64,000 bases of DNA from Eledone cirrhosa (taxonomy: Eukaryota): assembly GCA_964016885.1 (NCBI GenBank), contig OZ024740.1, positions 379,192,001 to 379,256,000 of the forward strand. Direction: 5' to 3'. Shown in pieces: positions 1 through 12,644 of the stretch. The notes beneath the pieces are model-generated. The model had not been told where the DNA came from. It saw only the letters and a program-made list of their open reading frames with translations, and searched no databases. The stretch's first letter is position 1, and each line of letters opens with the position of its first letter. A program made the position numbers and the translations under genes.

Positions 1-170
1 AATCAGAGGGTTTTTTTTAATCCCAACTAACAGACTAATTCTATTTAGTCAAATACGGCGTAAGCACATGTTACTACCTAATTTTCAATTTCGCTAGCTG
101 TTTATAAATAAAGCCTGCTTATAAGAAAAGGAAAGCCTACTATAAGAAAAGGAAAGTTAGGATTCTATAC

Positions 171-233
<63 letters not shown>

Positions 234-286
234 GTATATAGAGAGAGTGTGAGGGTGTATTTATATACAACAGTACACACATGTGA

Positions 287-317
<31 letters not shown>

Positions 318-371
318 TATAAACAGCATGACTTGGCAAGCTATTTAGAACACTGGTTTAACCGCTTTACT

Positions 372-409
372 TCCCTCCGAAGAAGAGATATTATCTCGAA
401 AATTAAGGA
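372..409 (+). ncRNA. Degenerate minimal type I hammerhead-like motif (U4C) in a PLE-type tail between (TA)n tracts
   Basis: CCT-CCGAAGA-A-GAGAT(ATT)ATCTC-GAAA-AT-TA-AGG: stem I, core with one substitution, 5-bp stem II, palindromic AATT stem III, UA site. Confidence 0.5.
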
Positions 410-616
410 CATTTAAATAAATCTAAGGTAAAAGACTAATTGTCAACAATATCTTTTGCATTTGCATTCTTTATTCTATGTCCATACCTGCATTGTTTTG
501 GCTTTATTATACATATACAAACGTTTATACCTCATTACACAATGCTTCAAGTGAACTATAACCTCCCCCATATGTATATATATAAATATATAAATATATA
601 TATATATTTATATATA

Positions 617-748
617 AACCACAGACCCGCCATCTCAACTCTACTTTTGAAAAGCAGAAGAACTGCGAAACCGGTAAAGGAACTAAATAAATATATATAT
701 TTTAAAAAAAATAAGACTCCAGTTGCATTTTCGATTTCATCTTTTTTT

Positions 749-752
<4 letters not shown>
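617..752 (+). mobile_element. PLE-type terminal fragment carrying a U3-A8 HHR; same family as 48427-48656, 47968-48062 and 2737-2850
   Basis: Near-identical to 48427-48560; flanked by (TA)n; contains HHR at 644-679. Confidence 0.65.
644..679 (+). ncRNA. Minimal type I hammerhead ribozyme motif, U3-A8 core variant
   Basis: CTT-TTGAAAA-GCAG(AAGAA)CTGC-GAAA-CCGG-TA-AAG. Confidence 0.7.
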
Positions 753-801
<49 letters not shown>

Positions 802-863
802 TTTTATATGAAATCGTGTGTCGAAACAAATATTGTTATACTTGGGGAGGGTCATGTTGTTGT

Positions 864-1046
864 AATAATTGTTTCTACTTTTGGCACAAGACCAGCAAAT
901 ACCCAGTGTATTACTAGTACTTTATTTTATCGACCCCGTAAGGATGAAAGGCAAAGTTAACCTCGGCGGGATTTGAACTCAAAATGTAAAGGGACGTAAC
1001 TATGCTAGAAAGCATGGTGTCCAACCCTCTACCGATACTGCCAATT
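864..1046 (-). mobile_element. tRNA-derived SINE inserted in the left PLE arm
   Basis: A box TGGCAGTATCGG and B box GAGTTCAAATCC on minus strand; TTGTAATAAT duplicated at both ends; absent from the inverted arm at ~2665. Confidence 0.9.
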
Positions 1047-1213
1047 GTAATAATATTGCCAGAATTAATAACAGAACACACTCACTGTTTGGTTGGTTTT
1101 CGCTTCTGTATATTTTACATCAGTTAATTTATTCGGTCCTCAATGTTTACCATTGACTGACCAACGGTCAAAAATACAGATATAATATAGACACAAACAC
1201 ATAAATATAGTCT

Positions 1214-1255
1214 AACAAAGTTCTTTCGTTGCACATCTGCAGCATCGTCAGTGGT
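1214..1255 (-). ncRNA. Minimal type I hammerhead ribozyme motif in PLE 3' region
   Basis: Minus: ACCA-CTGACGA-T-GCTGCA(GATG)TGCAAC-GAAA-GAAC-TT-TGTT; same strand as the PLE ORF. Confidence 0.65.
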
Positions 1256-2736
1256 GCTATTATGTTTCCTCCTGTTGTATTGTATGTCTACGCCATCTTT
1301 ATTTAATCTGTTTATTTATTTATTTTTGTCTTCTTCTCTGCGCATGCGTTTGCGTGTGTGTATAGTGTTTGATGTGTGTTCGCGTTTGGGTGACTGTGTT
1401 TTGGTTATTGCATTCTATTTTAGTTTACTAGTGTGTGTTTATATGTGTTTGTTGTTATTGTGCTTGTGTATATATTTATTTATTTATATTTCTCTTAGGT
1501 CAGTATTGTTTGTTTGGGTGTTGTTGTTATTCCATTCATTTTTTCTGTTTAGTTTTGGCCTTCTAAGTTCTATTTCACTGGCCTCTCTGATTTGCCTATC
1601 TGCTGGGTCATTTCTATGTTTCGATATTATTTTAATTTCTATGTTGTCTATGTTTCCGTCATGTTGTTGTCTGGCGTGTTCGTATCGTAGTGAACCGTTT
1701 TTTCTTCCTTTTAGTTCCCCCCATGCTACGAGCTGTCTCGCCTATGTATGTTGTTGTCATGTTTCTGCAAGTACCCTCTGTACATCTTATGCTATAGACT
1801 ACGTTTCTAGTTTTACAGTTTATCGGGGGGTTTACTTTACATATAATACATTTCCTATTAGTACAGTGGGTTTTCTTAAAAGGGTATTTTTGCTGATCAG
1901 GGATTTTATGGTGGTTCCTGGCTTTTCTACCACCTTAATCTTTAAGTAGGTCTTTCTCAGGGCCTTTCTACACTGGTTAGCTAATTTCCCTCCAGGGGTA
2001 GCGTCCACGAACATGACACTCTGGTATCTCTGGTTGTACCATGAGGTGGCTTTCCCTATCTTATGTTTAGTCCTATCTAAGCTATTCCATGATTTGCTCC
2101 TGTATAATGTGAACATTCCTTTCATGTCCAGTTCTATGAGGGTCTTAAACTTCTCCGTGGCTCCTTATTATACTCTGATTCTGTCTCTTTGGTTGTAGCC
2201 AGAGAACTGCATGCGGTTGATGAAGTGTTGGATGTGTCTTTCCATTTCTGTTGGGTCGCACATGTGGGACACATTCTTCATCACTCGTACCAAGTCTGCG
2301 ATCAGAATATTAAACTTAGCACTACTGGACATTGCTGAGTTTTTCAGTATCAGGTATTTGGAGGCCATGGGTTTAGCGTAGTGTGAGTGGATACATATAT
2401 ACACAAATATATACACAAGCACAATAACAACAAACACATGTAAACACACACTAGTAAACTAAGATAGAATACAATAACCAAAATACAGTCACCCAAACGC
2501 GAACACACATCAAACACTATACACACACGCAAACGCATATCTGTATTTTTGACCGTTGGTCAGTCAATGGTAAACACTGAGGATCGAATAAATTAACTGA
2601 TATAAGAGATACAGAAGCGAAAACCAACCAAACAGTGAGTGTGTTCTGTCATTAATTCTGGCAATATTATTACAACAACATGACCCTCCCCAAGTATAAC
2701 TATATTTATGTATATATATTTATATACATATATATA

Positions 2737-2850
2737 TTAGAAAGTGAAGTTTTTTTACAAAATGAAAAAAAAAAACGAGGAGTCCTACACGTGTGAAAGT
2801 ATAAGGAAAAAAGATGAAATCGAAAATGTAACTGGAGTCTTTAAAAAAAA
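2737..2850 (-). mobile_element. PLE-type tail fragment, inverted relative to 617-752
   Basis: Reverse complement of AAGACTCCAGTTGCATTTTCGATTTCATC...CTCACTTTCTAA as seen at 48523-48656. Confidence 0.65.
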
Positions 2851-3039
2851 AAAAAAAAATTATTCACAGGCTACATCTACAATCAGGCACGATCTTTTTT
2901 ACTTGTCCAAAACCAGATTCTGTCCACAACATGTTACTCAAAAGACTTGGGTCAACTCTTATGTCACACATTAGAATTGAATCCGAGACCAAATAATTGA
3001 GAATAGAATATCTCAACAATTCGGTAATGCTGCATGCGA

Positions 3040-3312
3040 GAGTAATTCATATCCGAGTGTAAACAGCTAGCCCAGACTCACTATAAAGGCTGGAGACATG
3101 ATATGATAGGCAGGGTGATTCACTGGCATCTATGCAAACTAAACAATTTACGATATTCTGAGAAGTGGTATGAGCATAAGCCAGAGTCGGTGATAGAAAA
3201 CGATCAGGTGAAGGTGTTATGGGATTTTAGGATACAGACGAACAAGAAATTAGAACACAATAGGCCTGAACTGCTGGTTTTGGACAAGGAAAAAAGATCG
3301 TGCCTGATCGTC
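3040..3312 (+). mobile_element. R4/Dong-clade LINE fragment (zinc knuckle / RLE region), with a short inverted piece at ~2864-2917
   Basis: [31 protein letters not shown]...LWDFRIQTNKKLEHNRPEL, closely similar to the 17296-17871 ORF. Confidence 0.85.
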
Positions 3313-3620
3313 GAAACAGATGGGGGTCCAAAGAAGAGAAGCACTTGAGTCCCAATACAGCTTGAGTTATGAATAAATATGTTTACGCAGGCAAATATGT
3401 ATGCATTTAGCTATCAAATTATGACATGTAATTGGAACATTGATTCTTGTTCAGCTGCTTAGTATGAGGCTAATTGGCACTTCTCGGGGCACACGGATGG
3501 TGAAAAAAAGTTCAAACTGAAAAAAAAAAAGAACTTTATAAGTTCTAATCACGTTGTTTAGTTCTAAAGCGACACTAAATGCATATGCATATAAGATACG
3601 ACTCCGTCTCTCTCTCTCTC

Positions 3621-3653
<33 letters not shown>

Positions 3654-3659
3654 ATCTCG

Positions 3660-3711
<52 letters not shown>

Positions 3712-4124
3712 GGTGGCTGCCAACTCGTTTTCGAGTACGGCCACTACTTTATATCCATGTAGGAGAAACCTTACCGATGCGCTGAACGAGTGTGACTTTT
3801 TAGTCCAGCCAGCGACTTGAAAACTCTGGTACAAGCACTACACTTGTGACAATTATTGACACATAGTGCTGGGCCCATGGTACCATGTGACGACAAGTGC
3901 AGAGAGATCTCCAGATATAAAGCAATGCCTGTGCCATGAAGCTTTTATAGTAAGCAAAGGCACTCCACAAAGCCAGTCCCACTCTCTTAACCAAGATGAT
4001 ATTTACCAAAAAGAAGAACAAATCAACATCATTGGATACCATCAGAGTTGCAGGTGTTATATCAGAGTTTTCCTTCTCCTAGAATTCTGCCTTGACAAAG
4101 GCTAATGGGTCATCTCTCCCAGAT
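3712..4124 (-). mobile_element. Bipartite RTE-derived non-autonomous retroposon, 5'-truncated
   Basis: Reverse complement of the unit at 25396-26003 and of the 37.8-40.6 kb array units. Confidence 0.85.
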
Positions 4125-5064
4125 GATGTATGTATATATATATACATACATACCGACATACATACCCATATATATATAATTTGGCTAAGGCGGTGAGTTG
4201 GCAGACTGTTTAGGACGTTGGTTTAAAAAAACCATGGTATTTGTTTCGACTGAATGTAATTAGCTTTCAAATCCCGCCGAAGTCAACTTTGTCTTTCATC
4301 CTATTGACAACGATAAATAAAGCAAGAGTCCAGTACTGGGGATGATTTTCCCCACTATCAAATTCTCTCACTCAACGCCATCGAGTGGGATGGTCTACGC
4401 CAAATTTAAGATGCATGACACGTCGTCTGTCATGACTGCTTCTTTACGACTCCATCAAGAGTTAGGGGCCCTTTACCTATATATTCTGGTACTTATCCCC
4501 CTCACTGCTATCATGCTGAGGCATAGTTGATTATATCGACTCGTGTATTTTGTGTCCTTCTAATGTAATCCAAAAAGGCAAAATAGGCAAAGTAACCAAT
4601 ATCTGACTAAATAAATGTTACACAGATTCTGCCATCCCTCGTCGATATACATAAAGATGCATTAAAATATACACATCCCTCACAAAGCTTTCGTTGATAA
4701 GTGGTGTACACTTATCTATCAGCATGTGCCTTGTAATGTCTTGTAATGCTTAGATATGTCTGTTTATATTCTGAGTCTTAATACTACAGCCTGGGTTGAC
4801 TTTGCCTTTTATCATCTTAGAGTAGTTAGATAGGTACAAGTTAGTTATTTAATGATAGCTGATTCATCATTGTCAGATGTCGGTGACAATCTTGGTTTGA
4901 AATAATAGGTGGTTCTTTAAAATATAATGTGGATAGCCATGGGGTGTTGTGCGATTGGTGGAAAGGAGAATGAAAGTTTGGTGAAACTTGCTGACTGTGC
5001 ATGGTACGAAGGTGTCTTTTCTTTTACATTGGCACAGTGATGAATCACCTAGGCAAGGCTAGTA

Positions 5065-5279
5065 AATTGGCAGAATTTATAGAACGTCGGATAAAATGTC
5101 AATGCAGTGATTGTTTCGGCTCTTCACGATCTCAGTTTAAATGCCCCCGAGGTAAACTTTGTCTTTCGTCCTTCCGAAGTCGATAAAATAAAGTACCAGT
5201 AAACTATTGGGGTCGATATAACCAACTTTACCCCTTTCCCCAAATTGATGGCCTTGTGTCTATGTTAGAAACAATTATT
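5065..5279 (+). mobile_element. tRNA-derived SINE (older subfamily)
   Basis: TTGGCAGAAT...CAGTTTAAATGCC...GTCGATAAAATAAAGTACCAGT...GGCCTTGTG...TAGAAACAATTATT. Confidence 0.75.
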
Positions 5280-6401
5280 TCTAAAGTAGCGAACAGTTAG
5301 GCTCGCATTACACTGAGTTTGTGATTCTATTTCTTTACCTGATTGAAGAAGTACACTGAAGTACACACTCTACAAATCTAACTTGGTTTGCTGTCATCGG
5401 TGTCGCTGATGTTGCTGTTGCAGCTGTTTCTGTTGTTGATTTTGTTGTTGTTTTTGTTGTTATTATTGTTGGCATTGTTGTTTTAGTTACATAGATTTAC
5501 GTTCTGTTTGCTTTTGAGCTTAAAAACTCGAAGCCTAAAGCATTTTTGGTGCAACAGATTGTGCATACAATAAGCAAACTCTTTTGCGTTGAGAAGACGA
5601 TGCCAAAATACCGGAAGCATTGGTTTCTCGATGTTTCGAAGCAGGTGTGCCAATTGAATATCATGTAGTTTTCTTTTGATTGATCTAAATAAAACTGTGG
5701 TGACGGTTGAAGGGTGGCGTGGAAATAGTAATTGAAAATATAAAGGCATTGGCAAAATAAACCGCTCAATAACAGAGTATAAATTGTTAGGAGAATATAA
5801 GTACATAATTATTATTCCAGCTTATGTAGCATTCCTTTGATAGTGCAAATGATAGACTGCATGGCAATTTTATGTTTTTACGGCATCAAGATTCTTTTGA
5901 TATTGAATTGTTCAAATCCTACTTGAGCTGCACCACCTTTACATTTGAGAAAATAAACACTTTTCAGTTAGTTGCGTACACGCCTTTATGTGTATCAAAA
6001 AGACCTTATATTACGTCACTGTTGTTCTGAATGAAATATAAACTCACCGCATATCCTTCACCTAGCAATATGAGATTTTAGATTTTACATATTTGCTAAG
6101 AAAGTTTTACTTTAACTATCATAGACTGTATAGACAGTGTTTTAAGATATTTAATTTGGTACAACATATAAGGGGGTAATTGGTAGAGCGCCGGATAAAA
6201 GGCCATTGTGATAGTTGTTCTGGTACTTTATCTCACCGAGGTCAAATTTTCCTTTTATCCTTCCGGGTGTCAATAAAATAAAATACCAGTCAAGTACGGG
6301 GTTGATTTAATCAACTTTGACCCTTCCCCAAATTAGAAATCAATATAATGCCGCATAATTTTAAATTAATTTCTAGCATCTATATAATAAGCTCCATTCA
6401 T

Positions 6402-6506
6402 ATACCTTTGTTGATTTAAACAACCATATTAGCTGTGCCTCTAACACTGACCGAAGGTCAGTGTTAGAGGCACAGCTAATCTGGTTGTTTAAATCAACAA
6501 AGGTAT
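6402..6506. repeat. Foldback palindrome, ~51-bp arms, 3-nt loop; imperfect extension to ~6370-6537
   Basis: ATACCTTTGTTGATTTAAACAACC...CACTGACC GAA GGTCAGTG...GGTTGTTTAAATCAACAAAGGTAT, one mismatch. Confidence 0.95.
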
Positions 6507-6546
6507 CCACTGCATAGGCAGCTTATTATATTAGAAAAAGTAATAC

Positions 6547-6719
6547 ATAATTGTTTATTAAGGCCAGCAATTACCCAGTGCATTACAGGTACTTCATTTT
6601 ATCGACTCCGTAAGGATGAAAGGCAAAGTTAAACTTGGCGGGATTTGAACTCAGAATGGCCAGGCCATAACTCTATGCTGCAAAGTATGGCGTCCGATCC
6701 TCTACCGATACTGCCAATC
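6547..6719 (-). mobile_element. tRNA-derived SINE
   Basis: Matches the SINE consensus seen at 11749-11938 in reverse. Confidence 0.85.
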
Positions 6720-7076
6720 TAGCGTGTAAGAGCTATTTCTAGGGGTTTTGAAACAAAATTCGATAAATTTAGCAATTATATATCTAAATCTAAACGTTAT
6801 ATTATATATCTGCTATAACTATTACTTCAGGTAATGGAACAGCAGATGGCTATAACAATGCAACATTATAACAGTAAAATGTTCTTTTATTGAAGTAATT
6901 GCAGAATGCAATAACATAAACATAGGCAAAGTTTTGTGATATATATATAGTAACAAAATAATACAGAAATACTTGTTTCAAATTTTAAATCAGAACTTAA
7001 GCTACTGCAAATACTCCTAAGTATTTGTCCGACACTTAAGCGACTCAACTAATCCACCACCAATTAAATACAGAAA

Positions 7077-7209
7077 TAATAATTGTTTCTACTATTGGCA
7101 CAAGGCCAGCAATTATCTCAGTGCATTACTGGTACTTTATTTTATCGACCTCCGTAAGGATGAAGGCAAAGTTAACCTCGACGGGATTTGAACTCAGAAT
7201 GGCAAGGGA
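7077..7209 (-). mobile_element. tRNA-derived SINE, 5'-truncated
   Basis: 3' part of the consensus through the B box. Confidence 0.8.
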
Positions 7210-9081
7210 CAGAAATAATAATAATGTAATGAATTTAAATATCAATGTTTTTTCTTAATTGTTTTCTTTCTAACTAAATTAAGAAATTGACAGTAACACG
7301 CACGTGCAAACATTATACACCTACAAGTTTGATTGGTAATGTGAAGAGGTCAATTGCCTGGGTGGGCGGGCAGCTATCAATTTGCAATTTTATATTAGAA
7401 CAATGTTTAAATATAGAAAATTATGAGACAATGCACGGACCAGTGAGAGACCTTTATGCAGTCGCTTGACTCGAGCCTGCATGAAAACTTCTACACAAGT
7501 CATATTTTAACATCTTAAAATATGTAAGAACACATGAGATAATATATACCTAGATACAGCTAAAATCTTGCTATCGTCGCGATTTAAATACCTTCGATCA
7601 CACATCTACTTGATCAGGTCTCACCTGGAGTAAAGAGCAACAACGTAAGTCCAGTTTGTTGGTTGTTTCAATTAATCAGTTTGCTCTAGCAATTCAGAAA
7701 AAAATCTAGAGATATGAAATAATTTCAGTATTATTCTAAAGAACACAATTCAATAAATCTCACTATTGAGAAATATGTTTGTCCTGTAATTGATAACCCT
7801 TCAATTATAATTACTGCAACAGACATTGTGTTATATAATTTCAATAGTATTTTTTTAAAATATCATTACTATTTAATAGTTCATAGCAGTTAATTTCTTT
7901 GCGCATTAATTATTAGTTTTATTTCGTAAAACTTAATTTAGAAGTTATGTGAATCTAACACCTAAAACTATTTCAGCATTCGACAATTTGCATTTTATGC
8001 ACCTAAGCAGTACATAGGCTTACTCCGTATTTCTATCCAATGGAAAATAAATAAATACAAAACACACACACACACACAAATGTACATACACATCACAGAA
8101 CGGTTGTAATCCATATAAATTATTGATGTTAATTGTAAATATAATTGTGTATAATTATATTTTGCATTCTTTTCTGCTGTTGTCTATAAGAAAGTTAAGA
8201 AAGAAAATAACAGGGTTACCTTCAATATCAAGAATCGTACAAAGAATGATTTCGAAATATATAACGAAAGTAGCATATTGCCAAACATTGATCATCGAAA
8301 AACAAAATAAGAAGAAATAGTAACGGTAAGATTAAGAAATTTAAAGATTATTTTGATGGTATATTTCGGGAAAATTAAAGTAGAACTAGATGTTTGAATA
8401 CAAAGTTCATTCGGTGTCTCTTTTCAGTGCACCATCGAGAGATCGTATGAGTGGTCACTCGACCTACTAGAAACGGTAACTAAATCTCCCTCAAATACAC
8501 TATATAGTATAGTCCTCGGTACTTAAAAAACGATTTCAGCTAAAATACATTGTCGATGAACTTTGGTAGAGCTAAATAATAACGTTCCGACTAAGTATAA
8601 AAGAAATATGTGTAAAACATCTACTACAAGCGGAAAATCAAATATACTGAATAACGGACCTCTTAGAACCGTTTCCTTACTTCTTATATTATTTTTTGTC
8701 TTCACTTAGGCAAACCTCGGTTTTGAACTTGGAGACCACGGTAAACTATTGTACTGGGTTATGCTTTTTTTACAGGTACGTGGAACATATGTAATTGACA
8801 GAATCCGCTAAAGTCCGGCAAAATACACCAGAATAACGCCTAGCACTCTGTATTGCGTCCATCTGTCTTCATAGTTTATACAAATGACATCGCAAATGCT
8901 ACTATGGTAAAAAATACAAATATTTGCAGGTAACAGTAAGCTCCAGAAAGTCATGAATATAGGCGATGCCCGAGAAAACCTCGTTGCTCTGCGTTCTATA
9001 AGCTGTTTTAAAAGCAATATGTAACTTAACAAGAAAAGAAAAAATTGATCTCATCCACACTGAAAAACAGGATGTGCTTAA

Positions 9082-9302
9082 CCCTTTAGCATTTAAACCG
9101 GCCGTGTCCAGCCAGAATTCTCTCACCTCTTTCTGTACAAACTAGCTTTAACTGGCCGCTCATACTGATGTTAAGGTATTGTTCTCAAAATAAATAATAT
9201 CAAAATCTCACAGATTCGATATTATGTGAGATAATTATGTAAGATAAAGCCTTCACCGTGAAAATATAATAGTAAATATAGAGCGATGTAAATGCTAAAG
9301 GG
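9082..9302. mobile_element. piggyBac-type MITE
   Basis: TTAA-CCCTTTAGCATTTA...TAAATGCTAAAGGG-TTAA: 14-bp perfect TIRs starting CCC, TTAA target duplication. Confidence 0.85.
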
Positions 9303-9599
9303 TTAAACATTCTTTTGCTTCATAAGAAATCTCGTCATATCTGGGAATATACATGACTTTATGAGCACTTGAAGCACCTTTAAGTATGTAGCTGGAAGTG
9401 TAAATAATCACTGACTTAAAAAAACATAGGCTCGATTCCTCGCAGACACCCCAATCTACCTTTTCCGTCGCCAAGAGTATTTTATCTGATTTTCTCAACT
9501 AGTATTAATAGTGACCTACTATTACTATGGTCCTTTCTGCGTTAGGACGACTAAATTTCAAATTAAGATATTATCTTTTCAATGCTTCTTACGTCAATA

Positions 9600-9713
<114 letters not shown>

Positions 9714-9902
9714 GGAGAGAGAGAGATGGAAAATTCCGACCGACTAACACGCTGGCCCAAAACAGCTTGGCGCCGCAGTCGGGATTTTAGACATCTCTAT
9801 ACCCACTCTACATCTCCCCATGTATCGAGTACTCACATGATTAGTGGTCTTCTCGGTCTCAGTACCGCAGACACACATACACACACACACACACACTCCC
9901 CC

Positions 9903-9950
<48 letters not shown>

Positions 9951-11748
9951 ATATATTCAGAGAAGGAGGGTGGAACAAACAGAAAAAGTAAGTTACTTTA
10001 TACACATATGTGTGTGTGTGAGTATTAGTAGAGTGCTTTTTTGTGGATATTCATAAAAGAAACTCACCTACATGTATATGCACCTACGCACATGTATGTT
10101 GACGTATGTATATACATATAAAGCTATTGTAAGGAAGAAGTATTATTAGCTATGGAATTAGATGTTGAAGGAGTAGAATAACAGAAAAGAAGAAAGAACG
10201 GGGTAAATATGTGGAAAAGTGTGGAAGAAAAGAAAGTTTAAACAAAAGAATGTCGCTCGTTTTTTCCGTGAAGAGCTATTCTCATAGGAAAACAAAGAAA
10301 ATATATTTCTATTCCTCATACAGTGTCTGCAAGTATTACATCACATAAACTACTTTGTTTTTGTTGTTGTTTTTTTTACCTCCATTCCGCCATTGCATGT
10401 AGGTATTCAGTCAGACAAACTGGCTTGCTACACGCGCCGATTAAATTGTTATGACTTCCTGTGACAAATATTTGTTATCTGACCAACATTTAAACCACGC
10501 CCATGATTTTTTCCACTTACATATTATGTCAATGACTGTTTTCCAGTATATTAAATATTTTTTAAAGCTATGAGATGAAATTTGGAAGACATTTGCTCCA
10601 ACGATTGTGTAAATGCTTCATCGTTGAATAGCTTTGAAGAATACTGAAAGATTATGCATGCAATAACATCTAGCAGATTAAAGTGTCTGATAGGGGATTT
10701 CACTTGCTATGGCTATGCTATCTAAGTGTAGAAGTGGTATAGTTTCTCTAATGTATGTCTGATTAGTGTTTACAAGTAATACGATAGGCGGTACAAAGAA
10801 AGAAGTTTTGAACTTAATGAATTATTTTTTTATCCTGTTACAAGCGCAGTGATGGATTTTGCATGGGTGCCGTTAAATTAAATGGAAATAGCTGAGCATC
10901 AACTGCAGAAAGGTGCTTCTGGCAAGTATGCTATTCAGAGGTTTAATTCTTTTAATAGAGAACAGAAGATTATTTAATAAAATAACAGAGAATAATATGC
11001 CAAGGGAGAATGTAAATGGCTGGAGAGCATAAAAGAAAATAATTGTTTGTAACATACGTATATATATATATACATGTAATGTATATCGCATATCGAAGTT
11101 TTCTTAACATTTTAGAATGTAAAATGCTAAACTAAACACTAAAACTAAAATTGACCAAATTTGGCACCCCTAATTCAGAAGTGCTTCCATCGCCCCTTAT
11201 AATCACACACACACACACAATTATATGTGTGTAATTCTGTGCGTTTTCTGTTGATATTAAATATATCTACCCTACCACGCATGTATTTTGATAAACTGAT
11301 TAATGTTTTTTACTTGCATGACCTCTTCTACCTCTATTTCCCTTTTGTTCTCTCCCACTCTCTCCCTCTCTGTTTACTTCTCCACTTTTTCCTTATTTAT
11401 CTCATTATGTCGCGCTTGTCATCTTCCTCATACTGCCAGACCATTCGTATGACCTTTTCGCTTCCTAGGGAAAAATCACACATTTTCTTCGCTCCGTAAC
11501 CAACCACATCTCATCGACAAAAGTCAATTTTACCCTACTTCTAGGGTCTCATGTTGCATACAATCATGCACAGTCTGTGTCCATTTATTTCTAGTCGTTA
11601 TATTCTGTGTTTATCTCTCTTTTAGTTGAAAGATAAAAACATAAACTGATATAGGGAAATACATAATTGGTATGTTTAAATGTCTATATGCTAAACATGT
11701 GTAAATATATATATGTACATTTATGCAGTCATTATTACTGAGTTCAAG

Positions 11749-11938
11749 GGGCGGTGAATTGGCAGTATCGGTAGAGGGTCAGACATGCTTTCCAGCACAG
11801 TTACGTCCCTTTACGATCTGAGTTCAAATCCCACCGAGGTTAACTTTGCCTTTCATCCTTACGGGGTCGATAAAATAAAGTACCAGTAATACACTGAGAT
11901 AATTGCTGGTCTTGTGCCAAAAGTAGAAACAATTATTA
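11749..11938 (+). mobile_element. tRNA-derived SINE, full length
   Basis: GGCGGTGAATTGGCAGTATCGG (A box)...GAGTTCAAATCC (B box)...GGCAATT/GTAGAAACAATTATTA tail. Confidence 0.9.
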
Positions 11939-12535
11939 CATCTTTTCTGTATATATATAAAACTTGGAATAAATGCGTTCTGTTGAGTCTCTGTTGAGTG
12001 GCAGTTTAATATTAAGGATAAGGGTGGGCTGTGAAGGAGGCTTCGGCCCTTCTTATTTCGAGAGGACACCCAATTGCTATCCGTGCGTTCTTTTTATTCG
12101 AAATAATTAAGTATATAAGAATGGTATGTTTTACATGTTGGGTGGAATGAGAAGACGAGAAATGAATGCAAAATCAATCACTGGGAATGATTTATTCGTT
12201 AATTATTTTATTAATTCCTTTGGGGCGTGAAGAATTGAACATTTTCTTGTTTATGTTTTCTTAATGTCTTTCTTAAGAGGAATTGCCATATAAGTGAAAT
12301 GAAATAGATACAGTTTCGAATAAAACATTTCGTGTTTAATAAATTTCAACTGAGCTAGCTATCACTATAGTGACGAAGTTGACTGTGTGCGAGTTAGGAT
12401 ATTGTCACACGATATGTCAGCGAACATTTAAAGTGTGGCTTTTGCATGTGCCGGTGGTATTGACGATTCACTCTAAAACAAACTTTAATATAAGTAATGC
12501 AAACACTTACTCACACAATACATATATAAATATAA

Positions 12536-12577
<42 letters not shown>

Positions 12578-12644
12578 CTGCGTGTGAGTGTGTATGCGTG
12601 TGAGTGTGTGTGTGCGTGTGTAAAGATATATATATATGTATACT

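Larger units (their letters stand above)
799..2707 (-). mobile_element. Penelope-like element, 5'-truncated, C-terminal GIY-YIG endonuclease, with an inverted pseudo-LTR copy
   Basis: Minus-strand peptides HYAKPMASKYLILKNSAM...RMQFSGY (RT thumb), FVDATPGGKLA, CIICKVNPPINCKTRNVVYSIRC...TYIGETARS (GIY-YIG); 830-1182 and 1344-1490 recur inverted at 2391-2707; HHR at 1214-1255. Confidence 0.85.

Noticed and set aside
799-2707. Assignment to the Naiad/Chlamys PLE clade or a selenoprotein-coding PLE
   Set aside because: The endonuclease is C-terminal to RT and an HHR is present; stops look like decay; clade needs a phylogeny
11749-11835. tRNA gene calls from A/B boxes
   Set aside because: These are SINE heads; no complete cloverleaf, and they continue into a shared SINE body
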